Notes: generated from the letters alone by a model not told the origin. Positions 1 through 10,857 are shown, counted from the first letter of the whole stretch. The stretch: 63,356 nucleotides of DNA, filler included, from Anaerolineae bacterium (GCA_029262755.1; 7 parts of 7 records of this genome joined end to end with filler, not necessarily neighbours in it); one strand, 5' to 3'. A program made the numbers and translations.

Positions 1-350
1 CGCGCGGCATCCGCCAGCGCACGTACCCGTCCGTGATAACCGAACCCGCCGCGATCGAACACCACCGTCTCGATGCCGGCATCCTTGGCCCGCTCGGCCG
101 CCACGCGGCCGACGATAGCCGCGCGTTCGCGACCGCTCTTGCCCGCAGCCTCGCCCACCACGGATGCATCGGTGGTCGAAGCTGCCGCAATGGTGTGACC
201 GGCGACGTCGTCGATCAGCTGGGCGTAGATGTGCTTGCTGCTACGAAACACGGCCAACCGCGGGCGTGCTGCGGTACCGTGCACGCGACGTCGAACGCGC
301 CGATGCCGACGGATGCGTGCGACTCTTCGCTTCTGCGAGATCTTTGACAT
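1..350 (-). CDS. rplR: 50S ribosomal protein L18 (3' end runs off the window)
   Basis: Manual translation from ATG at 350: [48 protein letters not shown]...[22 protein letters not shown]. Not in the ORF track because it has no stop in the window. Follows rplF as in the spc operon. Confidence 0.97.
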   Translation of the reverse strand, partial: MSKISQKRRVARIRRHRRVRRRVHGTAARPRLAVFRSSKHIYAQLIDDVAGHTIAAASTTDASVVGEAAGKSGRERAAIVGRVAAERAKDAGIETVVFDRGGFGYHGRVRALADAA

Positions 351-352
351 GC

Positions 353-901
353 CTATGCCCTCGCCTTTCCGGCCTTACCGGCCTTCATGGTGATATGTTC
401 ACCCAGATAACGGATGCCCTTGCCCTTGTAAGGCTCAGGCGGCCGGACCCTGCGAATGTTTACCGCCACTTGCCCGACGAGTTCCTTGTCGATGCCCGAG
501 ACGATCACGCGCTTGCCGCGCTCCTCGACCGCGAACTCGATGCCGTCGGGTGCCGGGATGTTGACCGGGTGGGAAAAACCGACGTTGAGCACCAAGTCTT
601 TGCCTTCCTGCTCCGCTCGATATCCGGTGCCGACCACATCGAGCGTCTTGCTATAGCCTTCGTGCACGCCGTCGACCATGTTGGCCAGCAGCGAACGCGT
701 AAGGCCATGCAAGGCCCGATGACGCTTCTCATCGCTCGGACGACGTACGACGACATCATCACCATCGCGCTCGATGATCATCTCCGGGTGAAACTCGCGT
801 TCGAGCCGACCCTTAGGGCCCTTGACGCTGACCCGATTTCCGTCGATCTTGATCTCGCCACCCGCGGGTATGACGATCGGTTGCTTGCCAATGCGCGACA
901 T
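353..901 (-). CDS. rplF: 50S ribosomal protein L6
   Basis: MSRIGKQPI...[13 protein letters not shown] signature; start reassigned to ATG at 901; operon order. Confidence 0.98.
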   Translation of the reverse strand: MSRIGKQPIVIPAGGEIKIDGNRVSVKGPKGRLEREFHPEMIIERDGDDVVVRRPSDEKRHRALHGLTRSLLANMVDGVHEGYSKTLDVVGTGYRAEQEGKDLVLNVGFSHPVNIPAPDGIEFAVEERGKRVIVSGIDKELVGQVAVNIRRVRPPEPYKGKGIRYLGEHITMKAGKAGKARA

Positions 902-926
902 TGCTGAATCTCCTCGTGAGGCCCTG

Positions 927-1325
927 CTACCAGACGTAACAGAGGACTTCGCCGCCGACGTTTTCACGCCGAGCCTGCTTGCCCGTCATCACGCCTTTAG
1001 GCGTTGTCAGAATGGTGATTCCCATGCCCTGCAGCACCCAGGGAATCTCCTGTCGCTTCGAATACACACGTCGGCCGGGCTTGCTGATGCGCGACAACTG
1101 CGTGATGACCGGCTCGCGGTCCGCGGTGTAGCGCAACTTGAGCTTGAGAGTTGGGAACTTCCCGCTCTCGATCAGCTCGAAGCCGTCGATGTAGCCTTCC
1201 TCCGCCAGAATGCGCGAAATCTCGGCCTTGATTTGTGAAGCCGGCAACGTGACGTTGCGGTGCTTGCGCTGACTTGCGTTGCGAATCCGCGTGAGCAGAT
1301 CGGCGATAGGGTCGGACATGGTCAT
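927..1325 (-). CDS. rpsH: 30S ribosomal protein S8
   Basis: SDPIADLLTRIRNA...ISKPGRRVY...GGEVLCYVW. Confidence 0.98.
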   Translation of the reverse strand: MTMSDPIADLLTRIRNASQRKHRNVTLPASQIKAEISRILAEEGYIDGFELIESGKFPTLKLKLRYTADREPVITQLSRISKPGRRVYSKRQEIPWVLQGMGITILTTPKGVMTGKQARRENVGGEVLCYVW

Positions 1326-1404
1326 GGTCTGGACGCTCCGTTACAGAACCACCCGGGGATGCTCGATCGCCTGCGGCGACCGCTCGAATTCGAGTCGGGT
1401 GCGT

Positions 1405-1587
1405 TTACCAACTGGACTTCACGACTCCGGGGATCTTGCCTTCGAGGGCAAGCTCTCGGAAACAGATGCGGCACAACTTGAACTTGCGCATATAAGCACG
1501 CGGACGCTGGCATCGCTGACAGCGATTGCGTACTCGAGTCGGATACTTACGCCGCATTTCGCGGTACATCATGCAGGTCTTGGCCAT
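1405..1587 (-). CDS. rpsN: 30S ribosomal protein S14, short zinc-binding (type Z) form
   Basis: 60 aa, [41 protein letters not shown] with two CxxC motifs. Confidence 0.97.
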   Translation of the reverse strand: MAKTCMMYREMRRKYPTRVRNRCQRCQRPRAYMRKFKLCRICFRELALEGKIPGVVKSSW

Positions 1588-1649
1588 CCGTTTGCTCCTA
1601 GGCCTCGTGAGGCTTTGTCGAGCGACACGCTACGGGCATGTCGCGCGTC

Positions 1650-2210
1650 CTATCGTTCCTTGAAAGGCATTCCGAGGATGCCCAACAGTTGATGGGCTTC
1701 CTCGTCGGTCCGCGCAGAGGTCACGATCGTAACCTCCATGCCGCGCACCTTGTCGATTGAGTCGTAGTCGATCTCCGGGAAGATCAACTGCTCACGCAGG
1801 CCCAGCGTGTAGTTGCCGCGGCCGTCGAAAGCGTTGGCGCTCACACCCCGAAAGTCTCGGGTACGGGGAAGAGCTACCCGCATGAGCCTGGTTAGAAAGT
1901 CATACATTCGCTGGCCTCGAATCGTCACCTTCGCGCCGATCGGGTTGCCTTCGCGCAGTTTGTAAACCGCGATGCTCTTCTTGGCCCTTGTAATGATGGG
2001 CCGCTGACCCGTGATCGTGGCCAGATCCGCCGAAGCCCTATCGAGCGCTTTGGCGTTCTCGAGTGCTTCACCCAGCCCGATGTTGAGCACCACCTTTTCC
2101 AAGCGCGGCACTTCCATCGGTGAGTCGTAGCCGAAGGCCTCTAGCAATGCCGGCACGGCTTCATCGGTGTAGATTTCTCGCAGCGACTTCAACGTCGTGG
2201 CTTCAGCCAT
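1650..2210 (-). CDS. rplE: 50S ribosomal protein L5
   Basis: [16 protein letters not shown]...[10 protein letters not shown]...FDGRGNY. Confidence 0.98.
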   Translation of the reverse strand: MAEATTLKSLREIYTDEAVPALLEAFGYDSPMEVPRLEKVVLNIGLGEALENAKALDRASADLATITGQRPIITRAKKSIAVYKLREGNPIGAKVTIRGQRMYDFLTRLMRVALPRTRDFRGVSANAFDGRGNYTLGLREQLIFPEIDYDSIDKVRGMEVTIVTSARTDEEAHQLLGILGMPFKER

Positions 2211-2265
2211 CTTCGTGATTCTCCGTAATCCCGCGCTTCTTGGATCGAGTCAGCCTTCGACCAAG

Positions 2266-2583
2266 CTAATCCAGGATGCCTTCGCAAGCCCGGCATACCC
2301 GGACCTTAGTGCCGTTCGCTTGAACCGCGTAGCCGACCCGCACCGCCTTGTCACAAGCGGGACATACGGGCATCACGTTGGAGGCATGGATCGGCGCCTC
2401 GAACTCGATGATGCCGGTCTGCGTCCGCACGCCGGGCGTTCGGCGCTGATGCTTCTTAACAATTCGAACACCCTGTACCACCACGCGCTGCTTCGTGGGC
2501 AGCACCCGCTGAATCTGGCCTCGCACTCCGCGATCGTTCCCGCTGATCACCTCGACCAGGTCACCCTTCCGCACCCGGTTCAT
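2266..2583 (-). CDS. rplX: 50S ribosomal protein L24 (with CxxC...CxxC zinc ribbon)
   Basis: MNRVRKGDLVEVISGNDRG...EAPIHASNV; start at ATG 2583 after a GAGGAG SD. Confidence 0.97.
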   Translation of the reverse strand: MNRVRKGDLVEVISGNDRGVRGQIQRVLPTKQRVVVQGVRIVKKHQRRTPGVRTQTGIIEFEAPIHASNVMPVCPACDKAVRVGYAVQANGTKVRVCRACEGILD

Positions 2584-2650
2584 TTCCGTCTCCTCTTTCG
2601 CAAACACCAACGCGACGTCGCGCGCGGTGAACCACCTCAAACTACCGAAC

Positions 2651-3019
2651 TCAGAGCACCTCGGGCGACAGGCTCACAATTCGCATGAATCGCTTGTCCC
2701 GTAGCTCGCGTGCAACGGGGCCGAAGATACGCGTGCCCCTTGGATTATTGTCGGCGTCGATCAAGACCGCCGCGTTCTCGTCAAATCGGATGTAGCTACC
2801 GTCCGCACGACCCTGTTCCTTGGCCGTCCGCACGACAACCGCTCTCACAACGTCACCCTTCTTGACGGCACCATGAGGCGCCGCCTGCTTGACGCTGCAT
2901 ACAATCACGTCACCGACACCGGCGTAGCGCCGCTTGGAACCACCCAGGACCTTGATGCACATCAACTCTTTGGCCCCGCTGTTGTCCGCTGCGCGCAGTC
3001 GCGTCTGCATCTGGATCAT
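2651..3019 (-). CDS. rplN: 50S ribosomal protein L14
   Basis: [17 protein letters not shown]...[12 protein letters not shown]. Confidence 0.99.
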   Translation of the reverse strand: MIQMQTRLRAADNSGAKELMCIKVLGGSKRRYAGVGDVIVCSVKQAAPHGAVKKGDVVRAVVVRTAKEQGRADGSYIRFDENAAVLIDADNNPRGTRIFGPVARELRDKRFMRIVSLSPEVL

Positions 3020-3267
3020 GCTTCATCTCCACGCTCGAGCCACTCGACGATCTGCCACCGCTTGTTGCGGCTGAGCGGTCGGCATTCCTCGATGATGACC
3101 CGATCACCCATCCCAGCCTCGTTCGCTTCGTCGTGCGCCATGAACCGCGAATGCCGGCGCAGATACTTGCGATACAAGGGATGCTGCTTGATGCGCTCGA
3201 CGCGCACGACGGCCGTCTTATCCATCTTATTGCTGACGACTACGCCTTCAATTTTTCGCTTCGGCAT
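3016..3267 (-). CDS. rpsQ: 30S ribosomal protein S17
   Basis: [11 protein letters not shown]...[11 protein letters not shown]. Confidence 0.98.
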   Translation of the reverse strand: MPKRKIEGVVVSNKMDKTAVVRVERIKQHPLYRKYLRRHSRFMAHDEANEAGMGDRVIIEECRPLSRNKRWQIVEWLERGDEA

Positions 3268-3307
3268 GTTGTTCTCCTCGGCCCGTGCATCGGGCCTGCA
3301 CGTGACG

Positions 3308-3538
3308 CTAGGCCTCGTCGGCCTGGTTCTGTCCCGCCTCGTACGCGGCCCAAATTTCCCGCTCGCGCCGAATGGTCATAATGCGCGCAATCGAACGGCG
3401 CAGCGTGCGCGTTCGGTTCGTGTCTGCTACTTGGCCCAGAGACTTCTGGAAGCGCAAGTTGAACATCTCCTTGCGTGCATCTCCCAATGCTGCCTCGAGC
3501 TCGTCGGCGCTCATCGCGCGGATTTCTACCGTGTTCAT
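3308..3538 (-). CDS. rpmC: 50S ribosomal protein L29
   Basis: [10 protein letters not shown]...FNLRFQ...RRSIARIMT; lies between rplP and rpsQ. Confidence 0.96.
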   Translation of the reverse strand: MNTVEIRAMSADELEAALGDARKEMFNLRFQKSLGQVADTNRTRTLRRSIARIMTIRREREIWAAYEAGQNQADEA

Positions 3539-3969
3539 CCTTCACCCCCGCCCATACGAAACTGCGTCTTCTTCACGAACTGCGTACGGCACGGCAGCTT
3601 GTGTCCGGCTAGGCGGAACGCCTCGCGAGCCTGTTCTTCCGTCACACCCGCGATCTCATAAATGACGTTTCCGGGCCGCACAACCGCGACCCAATGCTCG
3701 ACGGAACCCTTACCACTACCCATGCGGGTCTCCGCCGGCTTTGCGGTTACCGGTTTGTCCGGGAAGATCCGAATGATGATCTTTCCACCACGCTTGACGT
3801 AGCGCACAATCGCACGCCTACCGGCCTCGATCTGCCGGCTAGTCATCCAAGTCGGGCTGAGCGCCTGCAGACCATAGTCCCCAAACTCCACCGTATGACC
3901 GCGGGTTGCCTTGCCCTTCATACGGCCGCGGAATTGCTTGCGGAACTTGGTCCGCTTCGGCATCAACAT
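3535..3969 (-). CDS. rplP: 50S ribosomal protein L16
   Basis: [15 protein letters not shown]...ETRMGSGKG. Confidence 0.99.
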   Translation of the reverse strand: MLMPKRTKFRKQFRGRMKGKATRGHTVEFGDYGLQALSPTWMTSRQIEAGRRAIVRYVKRGGKIIIRIFPDKPVTAKPAETRMGSGKGSVEHWVAVVRPGNVIYEIAGVTEEQAREAFRLAGHKLPCRTQFVKKTQFRMGGGEG

Positions 3970-4008
3970 CGTCGTATCTCCTCGTCGGAGCCAGCGCGCC
4001 GCAACGCC

Positions 4009-4680
4009 CTAGCTGGCGAAGTCTTCATCGGTGGCGCCAAGCTTCTCTTCACCGGGCAAGACCTCGCCCTTATACACCCAAACCTTGACCCCGATCCGTC
4101 CGTAGGTCGTCAGCGCTTCGGTGATCTGAAAATCGATGTCCGCACGCAGGGTTTGTCGTGGCACACGGCCGAGGATGACCTCGTCGCGTCGCGCCATTTC
4201 AGAACCGGACAGGCGGCCGCTACATACAATCTTGATGCCCTCAGCACCCGACCGCATCGCCCGGAACGCCGCACGTTTCATCGCTCGTTTGTGGCTAATG
4301 CGCCGTTCCAACTGGCTGGCAATCGACTGCCCGATGATGGCGGCGTCAATGTCCGGCTGCTTGATCTCGCTGACATCGACCCGCACGCTCTTGTCCGTCA
4401 GGCGTCGCAATTCGTCCCGCAGCGCATTCACGGAGGCGCCCTTGCGGCCGATGATGATACCCGGCTTCGCCGTATGCAGCGTTAGGTTCAATCGTCGCGG
4501 GAAGCGCTCAATAATGATTTCACTGATTCCCGCGTGCCCGACACGCTCACGAATCAAGTCGCGCACGGCCAAGTCTTCTTGGAGGAGCTCGCCGTAGCGA
4601 TCGCCTTCCGCGTACCAACGCGCACGCCACGGCTTCACGATTCCAAGGCGGAATCCATACGGATGAACTTTGCGTCCCAT
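4009..4680 (-). CDS. rpsC: 30S ribosomal protein S3
   Basis: MGRKVHPYGFRLG...TLRADIDF...GVKVWVYKGE; start at ATG 4680. Confidence 0.98.
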   Translation of the reverse strand: MGRKVHPYGFRLGIVKPWRARWYAEGDRYGELLQEDLAVRDLIRERVGHAGISEIIIERFPRRLNLTLHTAKPGIIIGRKGASVNALRDELRRLTDKSVRVDVSEIKQPDIDAAIIGQSIASQLERRISHKRAMKRAAFRAMRSGAEGIKIVCSGRLSGSEMARRDEVILGRVPRQTLRADIDFQITEALTTYGRIGVKVWVYKGEVLPGEEKLGATDEDFAS

Positions 4681-4681
4681 A

Positions 4682-5101
4682 TCAGGCCTCCGCCTCTTGG
4701 TCGCCTTCGGTGGCACTGGCGTCTGGCTCGCCCAGCGGTAGGGGGTTCAACTCTCGCAGTGCGACCCGAAGGTGGCAGCTACGCTTGATCAGCGGCTTGA
4801 ACCGCCCACGCCCACCGAATCGCCCACCGCGCTTGCGCGGCCCTTCATCCGCCGCGATCTCAGCCACGAAGAGGTCATCAGCCGAAAGGCCGAATTGATC
4901 CTCCGCGTTGGCTACAGCGCTGCGAATAAGCTTGGCCACCGGCTGAGCCGCTCGATTCGGTAGATGATGAAGTTGTCCGATGGCCTCATCGACCGGCATA
5001 CCCCGCACCAAATCGATGACCAACCGCGCCTTTCGCGGCGACATCGTCAGGTGCTGCAGGCGGGCCCGTACGGCAATGCCCTTGACGTCCTTGCTTACCA
5101 C
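4682..5101 (-). CDS. rplV: 50S ribosomal protein L22
   Basis: SPRKARLVIDLVRG...SAVANAE...DEGP. Confidence 0.97.
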   Translation of the reverse strand: MVSKDVKGIAVRARLQHLTMSPRKARLVIDLVRGMPVDEAIGQLHHLPNRAAQPVAKLIRSAVANAEDQFGLSADDLFVAEIAADEGPRKRGGRFGGRGRFKPLIKRSCHLRVALRELNPLPLGEPDASATEGDQEAEA

Positions 5102-5121
5102 GTTGCTCTCCCTACCTTGGC

Positions 5122-5406
5122 TCAGGCTCGCACTCTCGCGGCCTTTTCCTTGTAGCTATGGCCGCGGAATGTACGTGTCGGGGCGAATTCGCCGAGCTTA
5201 TGCCCGACCATGTTCTCTGTAATGTAGACCGGCACATGCTGCCGTCCGTTGTGCACGGCAATCGTGTGACCGACCATCTGGGGGAAGATCATGCTTGCGC
5301 GCGACCACGTCTTGATGACGCGCTTGTCCCCGCTGTCGTTGAGATCCTGGACGCGCCGCAAAAGCTTGGCGTCGCAGAACGGGCCCTTCTTCAGTGATCG
5401 TGACAT
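5122..5406 (-). CDS. rpsS: 30S ribosomal protein S19
   Basis: [10 protein letters not shown]...[18 protein letters not shown]. Confidence 0.99.
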   Translation of the reverse strand: MSRSLKKGPFCDAKLLRRVQDLNDSGDKRVIKTWSRASMIFPQMVGHTIAVHNGRQHVPVYITENMVGHKLGEFAPTRTFRGHSYKEKAARVRA

Positions 5407-5417
5407 CTAGCAGGCTC

Positions 5418-6254
5418 CTAACCGCGCCGCTTCTTGGACCGGCGCCGAACGATGAACTTGTCGGTGTCCTTGCGACGCCGGGTCTTGTAGCCGAGGGCCG
5501 GTTTGCCCCAGGGGGTCTTCGGATGCTTCATCCCGATGGGCGCCTTGCCTTCACCACCGCCATGAGGGTGGCTGGCCGGGTCCATGGCGGATCCGCGCAC
5601 CGTCGGGCGCCTGCCCATCCAGCGCTTGCGTCCCGCCTTGCCCAACTTGATGTTGCCGTGATCGGTGTTGCCGACCTGCCCGATCGTGGCCATGTTCTCC
5701 ATCAGAATGCGCCTGACCTCACCCGAAGGCAGGCGAATCTGAGCGTACTTGCCTTCCTTGGCCAGCAACTGCGCCTGCGTTCCCGCCGAGCGCACGAGCT
5801 GTGCGCCTTTACCGCGATGCAATTCGATGTTGTGAACCATGGTACCCAAGGGAATGCTTCGAATCGGCATCGCGTTGCCCGGTCGAATATCTACTCGATC
5901 GCCACTGACGATTCGCGAACCTACACCCAGACCCAACGGTGCGACGATGTAGCGCTTCTCGCCGTCAGCGTACACGACAAGCGCGATGCGCGCCGTGCGG
6001 TTTGGATCGTACTCAATCGAATCGATTCGACCGGGAACGTCGTACTTGTCGCGCTTGAAGTCGATTCGTCGATAGCGGCGCTTATGACCGCCGCCACGAT
6101 GGCGGACGGACACTCGGCCCCGACTTCGCCCACCCGTGCTCTTGAGCGGTGCGAGCAACGACTTCTCCGGCTTCGAACGAGTGATCTCGTCGAAGCTATG
6201 ACCGGTCATGCCGCGACGGCCGGCTGATGTTGGTCGATAAATCTTGATCGCCAT
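5418..6254 (-). CDS. rplB: 50S ribosomal protein L2
   Basis: [13 protein letters not shown]...HPHGGGEG; start MAIKIYRP at ATG 6254. Confidence 0.99.
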   Translation of the reverse strand: MAIKIYRPTSAGRRGMTGHSFDEITRSKPEKSLLAPLKSTGGRSRGRVSVRHRGGGHKRRYRRIDFKRDKYDVPGRIDSIEYDPNRTARIALVVYADGEKRYIVAPLGLGVGSRIVSGDRVDIRPGNAMPIRSIPLGTMVHNIELHRGKGAQLVRSAGTQAQLLAKEGKYAQIRLPSGEVRRILMENMATIGQVGNTDHGNIKLGKAGRKRWMGRRPTVRGSAMDPASHPHGGGEGKAPIGMKHPKTPWGKPALGYKTRRRKDTDKFIVRRRSKKRRG

Positions 6255-6277
6255 GATGCTCTCCTGCGCTGTCGCGG

Positions 6278-6559
6278 CTAGCCGACGAGGTCGATGGAGT
6301 CGCCTGCGTCGAGAGTGACGATCGCCTTTTTCCACGAGGGCTCGCGGCGTACACGGCGACCCCATCGCTTCGACTTGCCCGGCACGACCATCGTTCGCAC
6401 TTCGTTGACCGAGACGCTGAAAATGGACTCCACAGCGTCCTTGACCTGCAGCTTATTGGCCTTGCGGTCAACCTCGAACACGTACTGGTTGAACAGCTCC
6501 GTCATCGCATCCGATTTCTCGGTGATGACGGGCCGAATAATAACATCGTAGGTATTCAT
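6278..6559 (-). CDS. rplW: 50S ribosomal protein L23
   Basis: [10 protein letters not shown]...[11 protein letters not shown]...WKKAIVTL. Confidence 0.98.
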   Translation of the reverse strand: MNTYDVIIRPVITEKSDAMTELFNQYVFEVDRKANKLQVKDAVESIFSVSVNEVRTMVVPGKSKRWGRRVRREPSWKKAIVTLDAGDSIDLVG

Positions 6560-6562
6560 CGT

Positions 6563-6662
6563 NNNNNNNNNNNNNNNNNNNNNNNNNNNNNNNNNNNNNN
6601 NNNNNNTTAATTAATTAANNNNNNNNNNNNNNNNNNNNNNNNNNNNNNNNNNNNNNNNNNNN
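6563..6662. other. Artificial contig linker (N runs around TTAATTAATTAA); equivalent linkers at 10538-10637, 18503-18602, 40468-40567, 54575-54674 and 59974-60073
   Basis: 100-nt N blocks containing a six-frame stop spacer; genes are truncated at these junctions. Confidence 0.99.
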
Positions 6663-6883
6663 CGGCATGGTAGGGCAGTCCCGGAGAAGCGCCCGGATCT
6701 GAGGCTCGAACTCTTCGACCGCCGAGGGCTTTTGCGTTCGCTCGTACCTGGGCGGCGCGCCGGAGCGGATCGCAGTTCTTACTGTGTTTCTTGCCACTCC
6801 CAATTGCCGGGCAATCGCCTTGGTGCCATCTGCTCGGCGAAGGCCAGTCGCCGGATCTCGGCCCAATCTTCCACTGATAACAC
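6663..6883 (-). pseudogene. istA: IstA transposase N-terminal HTH region with a 1-nt frameshift
   Basis: AGGAGG SD, then GTG-LSVEDWAEIRRLAFAEQM in one frame; GTKAIARQLGVARNTVRTAIRSGAPPRYER...FEPQIRALL continues in another frame. Confidence 0.75.
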
Positions 6884-7012
6884 CCACCCTTCCTCCTGAG
6901 CTTGGTTGCGCTCAGGCTCGATCACTCAGCAGCTAGAGCTGCGGATTCCCCGGAAGGGGGGTCAATTTTCAACCGGGGCGTTAGGGGGTCATTTTTTGGA
7001 CCGGCGGCGACA
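6663..7012 (-). mobile_element. IS21-family insertion sequence, left end and start of istA (truncated by the gap)
   Basis: Minus strand begins TGTCGCCGCCGGTCCAAAAAATGACCCCCTAACGCCCCGGTTGAAAATTGACCCCCC: a TG terminus with two tandem CCGGT..AAA..TGACCCCC repeats, typical of IS21 ends, followed by an IstA-like N-terminus. Confidence 0.85.
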
Positions 7013-7022
7013 CGGGCGTGCC

Positions 7023-7214
7023 TCATTGCGTTTTGCGGGCTTTGCCCTGCTCGATGCGGTAGCCGGGCGGCCTTACCGCCAGCAAGAAGGGTCGTTCTTC
7101 CTCCAGGGCGACCTCGGGCATCACCCCGATCTCAGCCGAGGTGCGCCGGTTGGCCACTTCATCCAGCCAGCGCCGGAAACGGTGGTTGAGTTCGACCCAG
7201 CTCGCTGCTATCAA
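7023..7214 (-). pseudogene. Second IstA-like remnant (region after the catalytic core)
   Basis: ELNHRFRRWLDEVANRRTSAEIGVMPEVALEEERPFLL resembles the IstA pattern LN..l..Wl..vAN.R.h...g..P.....eEr..L; no upstream domain present. Confidence 0.65.
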
Positions 7215-7687
7215 TGAATTTGACGTAGGTCCCGCAGGGTTAATCCACCCTGCGTGGTCACTGCCCTCCGAGCTGTGGGCGACCAGCCAAAGAGCCAGGA
7301 GGCTACGCGAAGATGACTCAGGAGGAGTCCGTGGACATTCCGGGACTAAAAGGCAGGACTGGACCCTTTAGCAGATCCTACCATCGTCACCACCAACCGG
7401 GGCCTGCCCTCGTAGGGTGAGGTTTTTCGGTGAATCGATTGTCGTCGTCGCCATCTTGGACCGACCAATGGACCCGGCGGTTGTTTTCAACATCAAGGGT
7501 TCGTCTTAGGGGATCAGAGAGTTCCCGGCCACCTGACCGCACCCGCACCATTAGTGTTCCCGCCACCATCTAGGTGGCATGGTGCGAACTGTAACTATTT
7601 GGTCTTGGGAGCCGCTCCACGCTGCCCCCCAAGGAAGTCGTCTAGAGTAACTTGCCAGTGGATTCAGGATAAAAATGGGGGCACCGC

Positions 7688-8554
7688 ATGGGAATGGCAA
7701 ATCGCGCACGTCGCGTCCTCCAGGGAGGACCAGCGTACATGGCGATTGATGCACTTAGTCTCAGGGCCGAACGGTGGAACCTTCAGCAGAATCGCTGGCT
7801 TGCACAGATTCCAATGGCCAGGGGTCGACGAGGCGGTACCCACACGTTGACTGAATGGGCCTACACAATCGGATTGTTCCAGTCGGTGATCCACCACGCG
7901 GTAGGTCCTCGGGAATCACTCGAGATCCTCGATGTTGGCTGCGGTACTGGGCGCCTTGCATTGGCAGCTGCGCCGCTCATTGGACTCGGGCGCTACGTGG
8001 GCGTAGACATCAACGCCCACGACATCGCCACCGCCCGTGATTCTTATGAGGACCCCCGATTCGAGTTTATTGACCTAGTCCATCGAAATGGGATGTACGC
8101 GCCGGATGCTCCGGCCACCTTCGAGCCGTATCCGTTCAGTAGCAACTCATTCGACCTGGTCACTGCCCTCTCGGTCTGGACGCACCTCAACGAGGACGAC
8201 GCCACCTTCTATGCCAGCGAGATCTATCGAGTCCTTCGACCTGGCGGCAAGGCAATGATCACCTTTTTCATTCTCGACCGCGACTACGACGATTTCGCCC
8301 AGCGCATACCGTCGCAGAGCTCGTTCAGCTTCCGTACTCCATCGAGGTATCGCTTTGACGTGTCGGTCGATGGTTCTGCGGACTGGTTAACTCCCTCTTG
8401 GACGACACTTCCGGAGTACGCCATTGGCGTCACCACTGCAGGCTTGGCGCGGCTGCAGACCAAGTCGGGGCTTCAACTTGAGACTCTCCACTCCGGCTAC
8501 TGGAAAGAGCGCCCAGGGCTGTTTTTTCAGGACATTGCCGTCTTCAGAAGGTGA
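7688..8554 (+). CDS. Class I SAM-dependent methyltransferase
   Basis: ILDVGCGTGR motif I, YVGVDI, FDLVTALSVWTHL, YRVLRPGG; start uncertain. Confidence 0.9.
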   Translation: MGMANRARRVLQGGPAYMAIDALSLRAERWNLQQNRWLAQIPMARGRRGGTHTLTEWAYTIGLFQSVIHHAVGPRESLEILDVGCGTGRLALAAAPLIGLGRYVGVDINAHDIATARDSYEDPRFEFIDLVHRNGMYAPDAPATFEPYPFSSNSFDLVTALSVWTHLNEDDATFYASEIYRVLRPGGKAMITFFILDRDYDDFAQRIPSQSSFSFRTPSRYRFDVSVDGSADWLTPSWTTLPEYAIGVTTAGLARLQTKSGLQLETLHSGYWKERPGLFFQDIAVFRR

Positions 8555-8814
8555 CTAATCCCCGTCTTATTTGGCGGGTCCAGCGAATCGGTTTAAATAG
8601 CCAAAGGCGAGCGAACTTGAGTTAAGAATTCGTAGCCGCCCACCCGAACCAAGTGTTCGCTGAGACGCTCGATCTAAACATTTAGACGCTACTTCTGCAA
8701 CGGGCGCTATTGGAATGGCCGCTCCGGTCCCGCCTGGGGGCCCGGGCCTACACGCTTCTCCGTCGCCCATCCGCACCAATTCAAGCGGAATTTACAGCGG
8801 CCTGGCGTGAGACT

Positions 8815-9639
8815 TCAGTCGCCGCCACTACCGTTACTCGAGGGGGCGCTGGCGGGTTGGACCTCCAACCGACCAGAGAGTATTGGTGTCCCAAGGGCGT
8901 GCCCCCCAAAGTCGGCGCTAACGCCAGCATGTACTTCCTCTGAATTGGGCCACTCCGCCAACTGAAGACGCCACGCCGGATCCCGCTCCCAGCGCTTCAC
9001 AACACGATCGAAGACGACCTCCCGGTTAGCAATCATTAGGACGACGGTCCTCCAGATGAGCCAGACATCGAAGCTCAGTCGCCGGTTTGCCATATAGAAG
9101 AGGTCGTATTCGGGGTGCAGGTCGAAACGCTCACCCCGGGCAGGGCTCAGCTGCCACAACCCGGTCAAGCCGGGACGCACCGTAAGCCGTGCATAGTGTG
9201 AGGTGTCCTGGTACTCCTCGGGGATAATCGGCCGGGGGCCAACCAGATACATATCGCCCCGCACAATGTTCCACAACTGCGGCAACTCGTCCAACTTAAA
9301 CCGCCTCATTATCCGGCCTATGCGGGTGGCCAGATGCTCTGCATCAATCTTGTGGACATCGCAGGGAGCATGGGGAACGAGAGTACGGAACTTAGCAACC
9401 ATGAACGTCCTGCCCCCCAACCCTAAGCGTTGCTGGCGAAAGAGGGCGGAGCCGCCGGTCGATAACTTGGCGCAGGTTCCAAGTATTAGAAGGAGAGGGC
9501 TGATTACCGCGATCACAATTGCCGAGGCGATGGCGTTGACGCTTCGGCACAGCGTCAACTTATCTTCGACGTTCCAAGTAGCCAGCACAGACTGCACGTC
9601 GGATCGGGTTGCAGTCCCGATGATCTTGACTTGAGACAT
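8815..9639 (-). CDS. Sugar transferase (polyprenyl-phosphate phosphoglycosyltransferase, Bac_transf domain)
   Basis: KFRT, RRFKLDELPQLWNIVRGDMYLVGPRP, RPGLTGLWQ and YDLFY motifs. Confidence 0.92.
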   Translation of the reverse strand: MSQVKIIGTATRSDVQSVLATWNVEDKLTLCRSVNAIASAIVIAVISPLLLILGTCAKLSTGGSALFRQQRLGLGGRTFMVAKFRTLVPHAPCDVHKIDAEHLATRIGRIMRRFKLDELPQLWNIVRGDMYLVGPRPIIPEEYQDTSHYARLTVRPGLTGLWQLSPARGERFDLHPEYDLFYMANRRLSFDVWLIWRTVVLMIANREVVFDRVVKRWERDPAWRLQLAEWPNSEEVHAGVSADFGGHALGTPILSGRLEVQPASAPSSNGSGGD

Positions 9640-10327
9640 GTCTCCCCACGTTTGCTCGCTAAAGCCCGATGGCTAGGTCAACAGTAAGCCCCCCAGCGCC
9701 CGCGGGCAACATTTCTGGTGAATAAACCGCCACCCCTAAAGGTTGCTCATTAAACCTACCTGCCAATGTAAGTTTTTGTAAACCTCTAACTGGGAATCTT
9801 CATCCTTTGGGGGGCCCGCGACGTTCGGATCTCTGTGCCAGACCAGGGCTGCTGCTGTGCAACCGGTCACCAAAGCAGCTGAGAAGTCGGGTTATGGTAC
9901 CGCGCGACACTACGGTCAAAGTCTGCGGCAGGCACACTGTCTCTCCAAGACCTGGCGCTCGGCGGAGGCCACAGGCGGCGTCCCGCACAAATCCGAGAAG
10001 GTGAAGCCGGCGCCAAGGGAACACCCAAGGCTGGCTGAGAAAGTCGAAGCCCGAATGAAGGAGCGATCCTTCCCGAACCACATGACCGGGGGTGGCCAGA
10101 GGATCTACCTGCGCGAGCCCGGGCACCTCCGCATCACCATGGCTACCGATTCCGAGTAAATCTCTCAGTTGAAATCACGATCGAAGCTTTGCGGCGGACC
10201 TTCAGTCTTGCCCGCACTGCGGCGTAGCGAACCTCCATACCAATCAATACAGCTGACAAATCCTTAACCGGGCCCCCCTTTGCGCCGATAAGCAGGGGGT
10301 AAGTCTCTCTAGAATTGAGGACATCCC

Positions 10328-10537
10328 TTGCACGACCACCTGGTTGAGTTCTACGAAACGGAAGCGCTGCTGGTGGAGTCGGTCCGGGACTTTGCGGTCC
10401 CGGCACTGCAAGACGGGAACCCGGTCGTTCTAGTCGCCACCCCCGCCCACTCCGCAGCCTTCATCCACGCCCTCGAAGACCTGGGCCTCAACATCCCGTT
10501 GGCCCGGGAACGGGGGCTTTTTGTGGTCCTGGATGCG
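10328..10537 (+). CDS. MEDS sensory-domain protein, 3'-truncated
   Basis: HDHLVEFYETEALLVESVRDFAVPALQDGNPVVLVATPAH...GLFVVLDA fits the MEDS pattern H.v.FY.....l...v..f...gl..Ge..v.vat..h. Confidence 0.75.
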
Positions 10538-10637
10538 NNNNNNNNNNNNNNNNNNNNNNNNNNNNNNNNNNNNNNNNNNNNTTAATTAATTAANNNNNNN
10601 NNNNNNNNNNNNNNNNNNNNNNNNNNNNNNNNNNNNN

Positions 10638-10857
10638 GACGCAGCAGCTCGCACAGGCCGAGGCCAGGCAGGGCAAGGAGCGCAGCGGTCAGGCCAACGG
10701 GGCCGATCTCGTCGACCATGGGCAGCCACACCAGCGCAAAGACATCCATGAGGGCCACCATCCACAGCAACGCGCGCAGCAAGTCGCTCGGGCTTGCCGC
10801 ACCGCCGTCCTCTGTGATTGTGGGCCCCATGATTCGCCGGATCCATGCGCGCATCAT
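10638..10857 (-). CDS. Hypothetical membrane protein, N-terminal part (truncated by the gap)
   Basis: Open frame running into the gap with two hydrophobic segments (LLRALLWMVALMDVFALVWL; GLTAALLALPGLGL). Confidence 0.45.

Noticed and set aside
6563..6662. Repeated TTAATTAATTAA motif within N runs (six occurrences)
   Set aside because: Artificial contig-joining linker with stops in all frames; not biological.
7387..7569. ORF with a faint ISAs1-like VENNRRVHW...D stretch
   Set aside because: Too short and degenerate to call without a profile search.
8646..8686. CGAAC-CAAGT-GTTCG and TCTAAA-CA-TTTAGA palindromes
   Set aside because: The first has N5 spacing rather than the LexA N4, and both lie between convergent gene ends with no promoter context.
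9857..10159. 100-aa ORF in the low-GC contig
   Set aside because: No SD or convincing motif; at most a decayed fragment.
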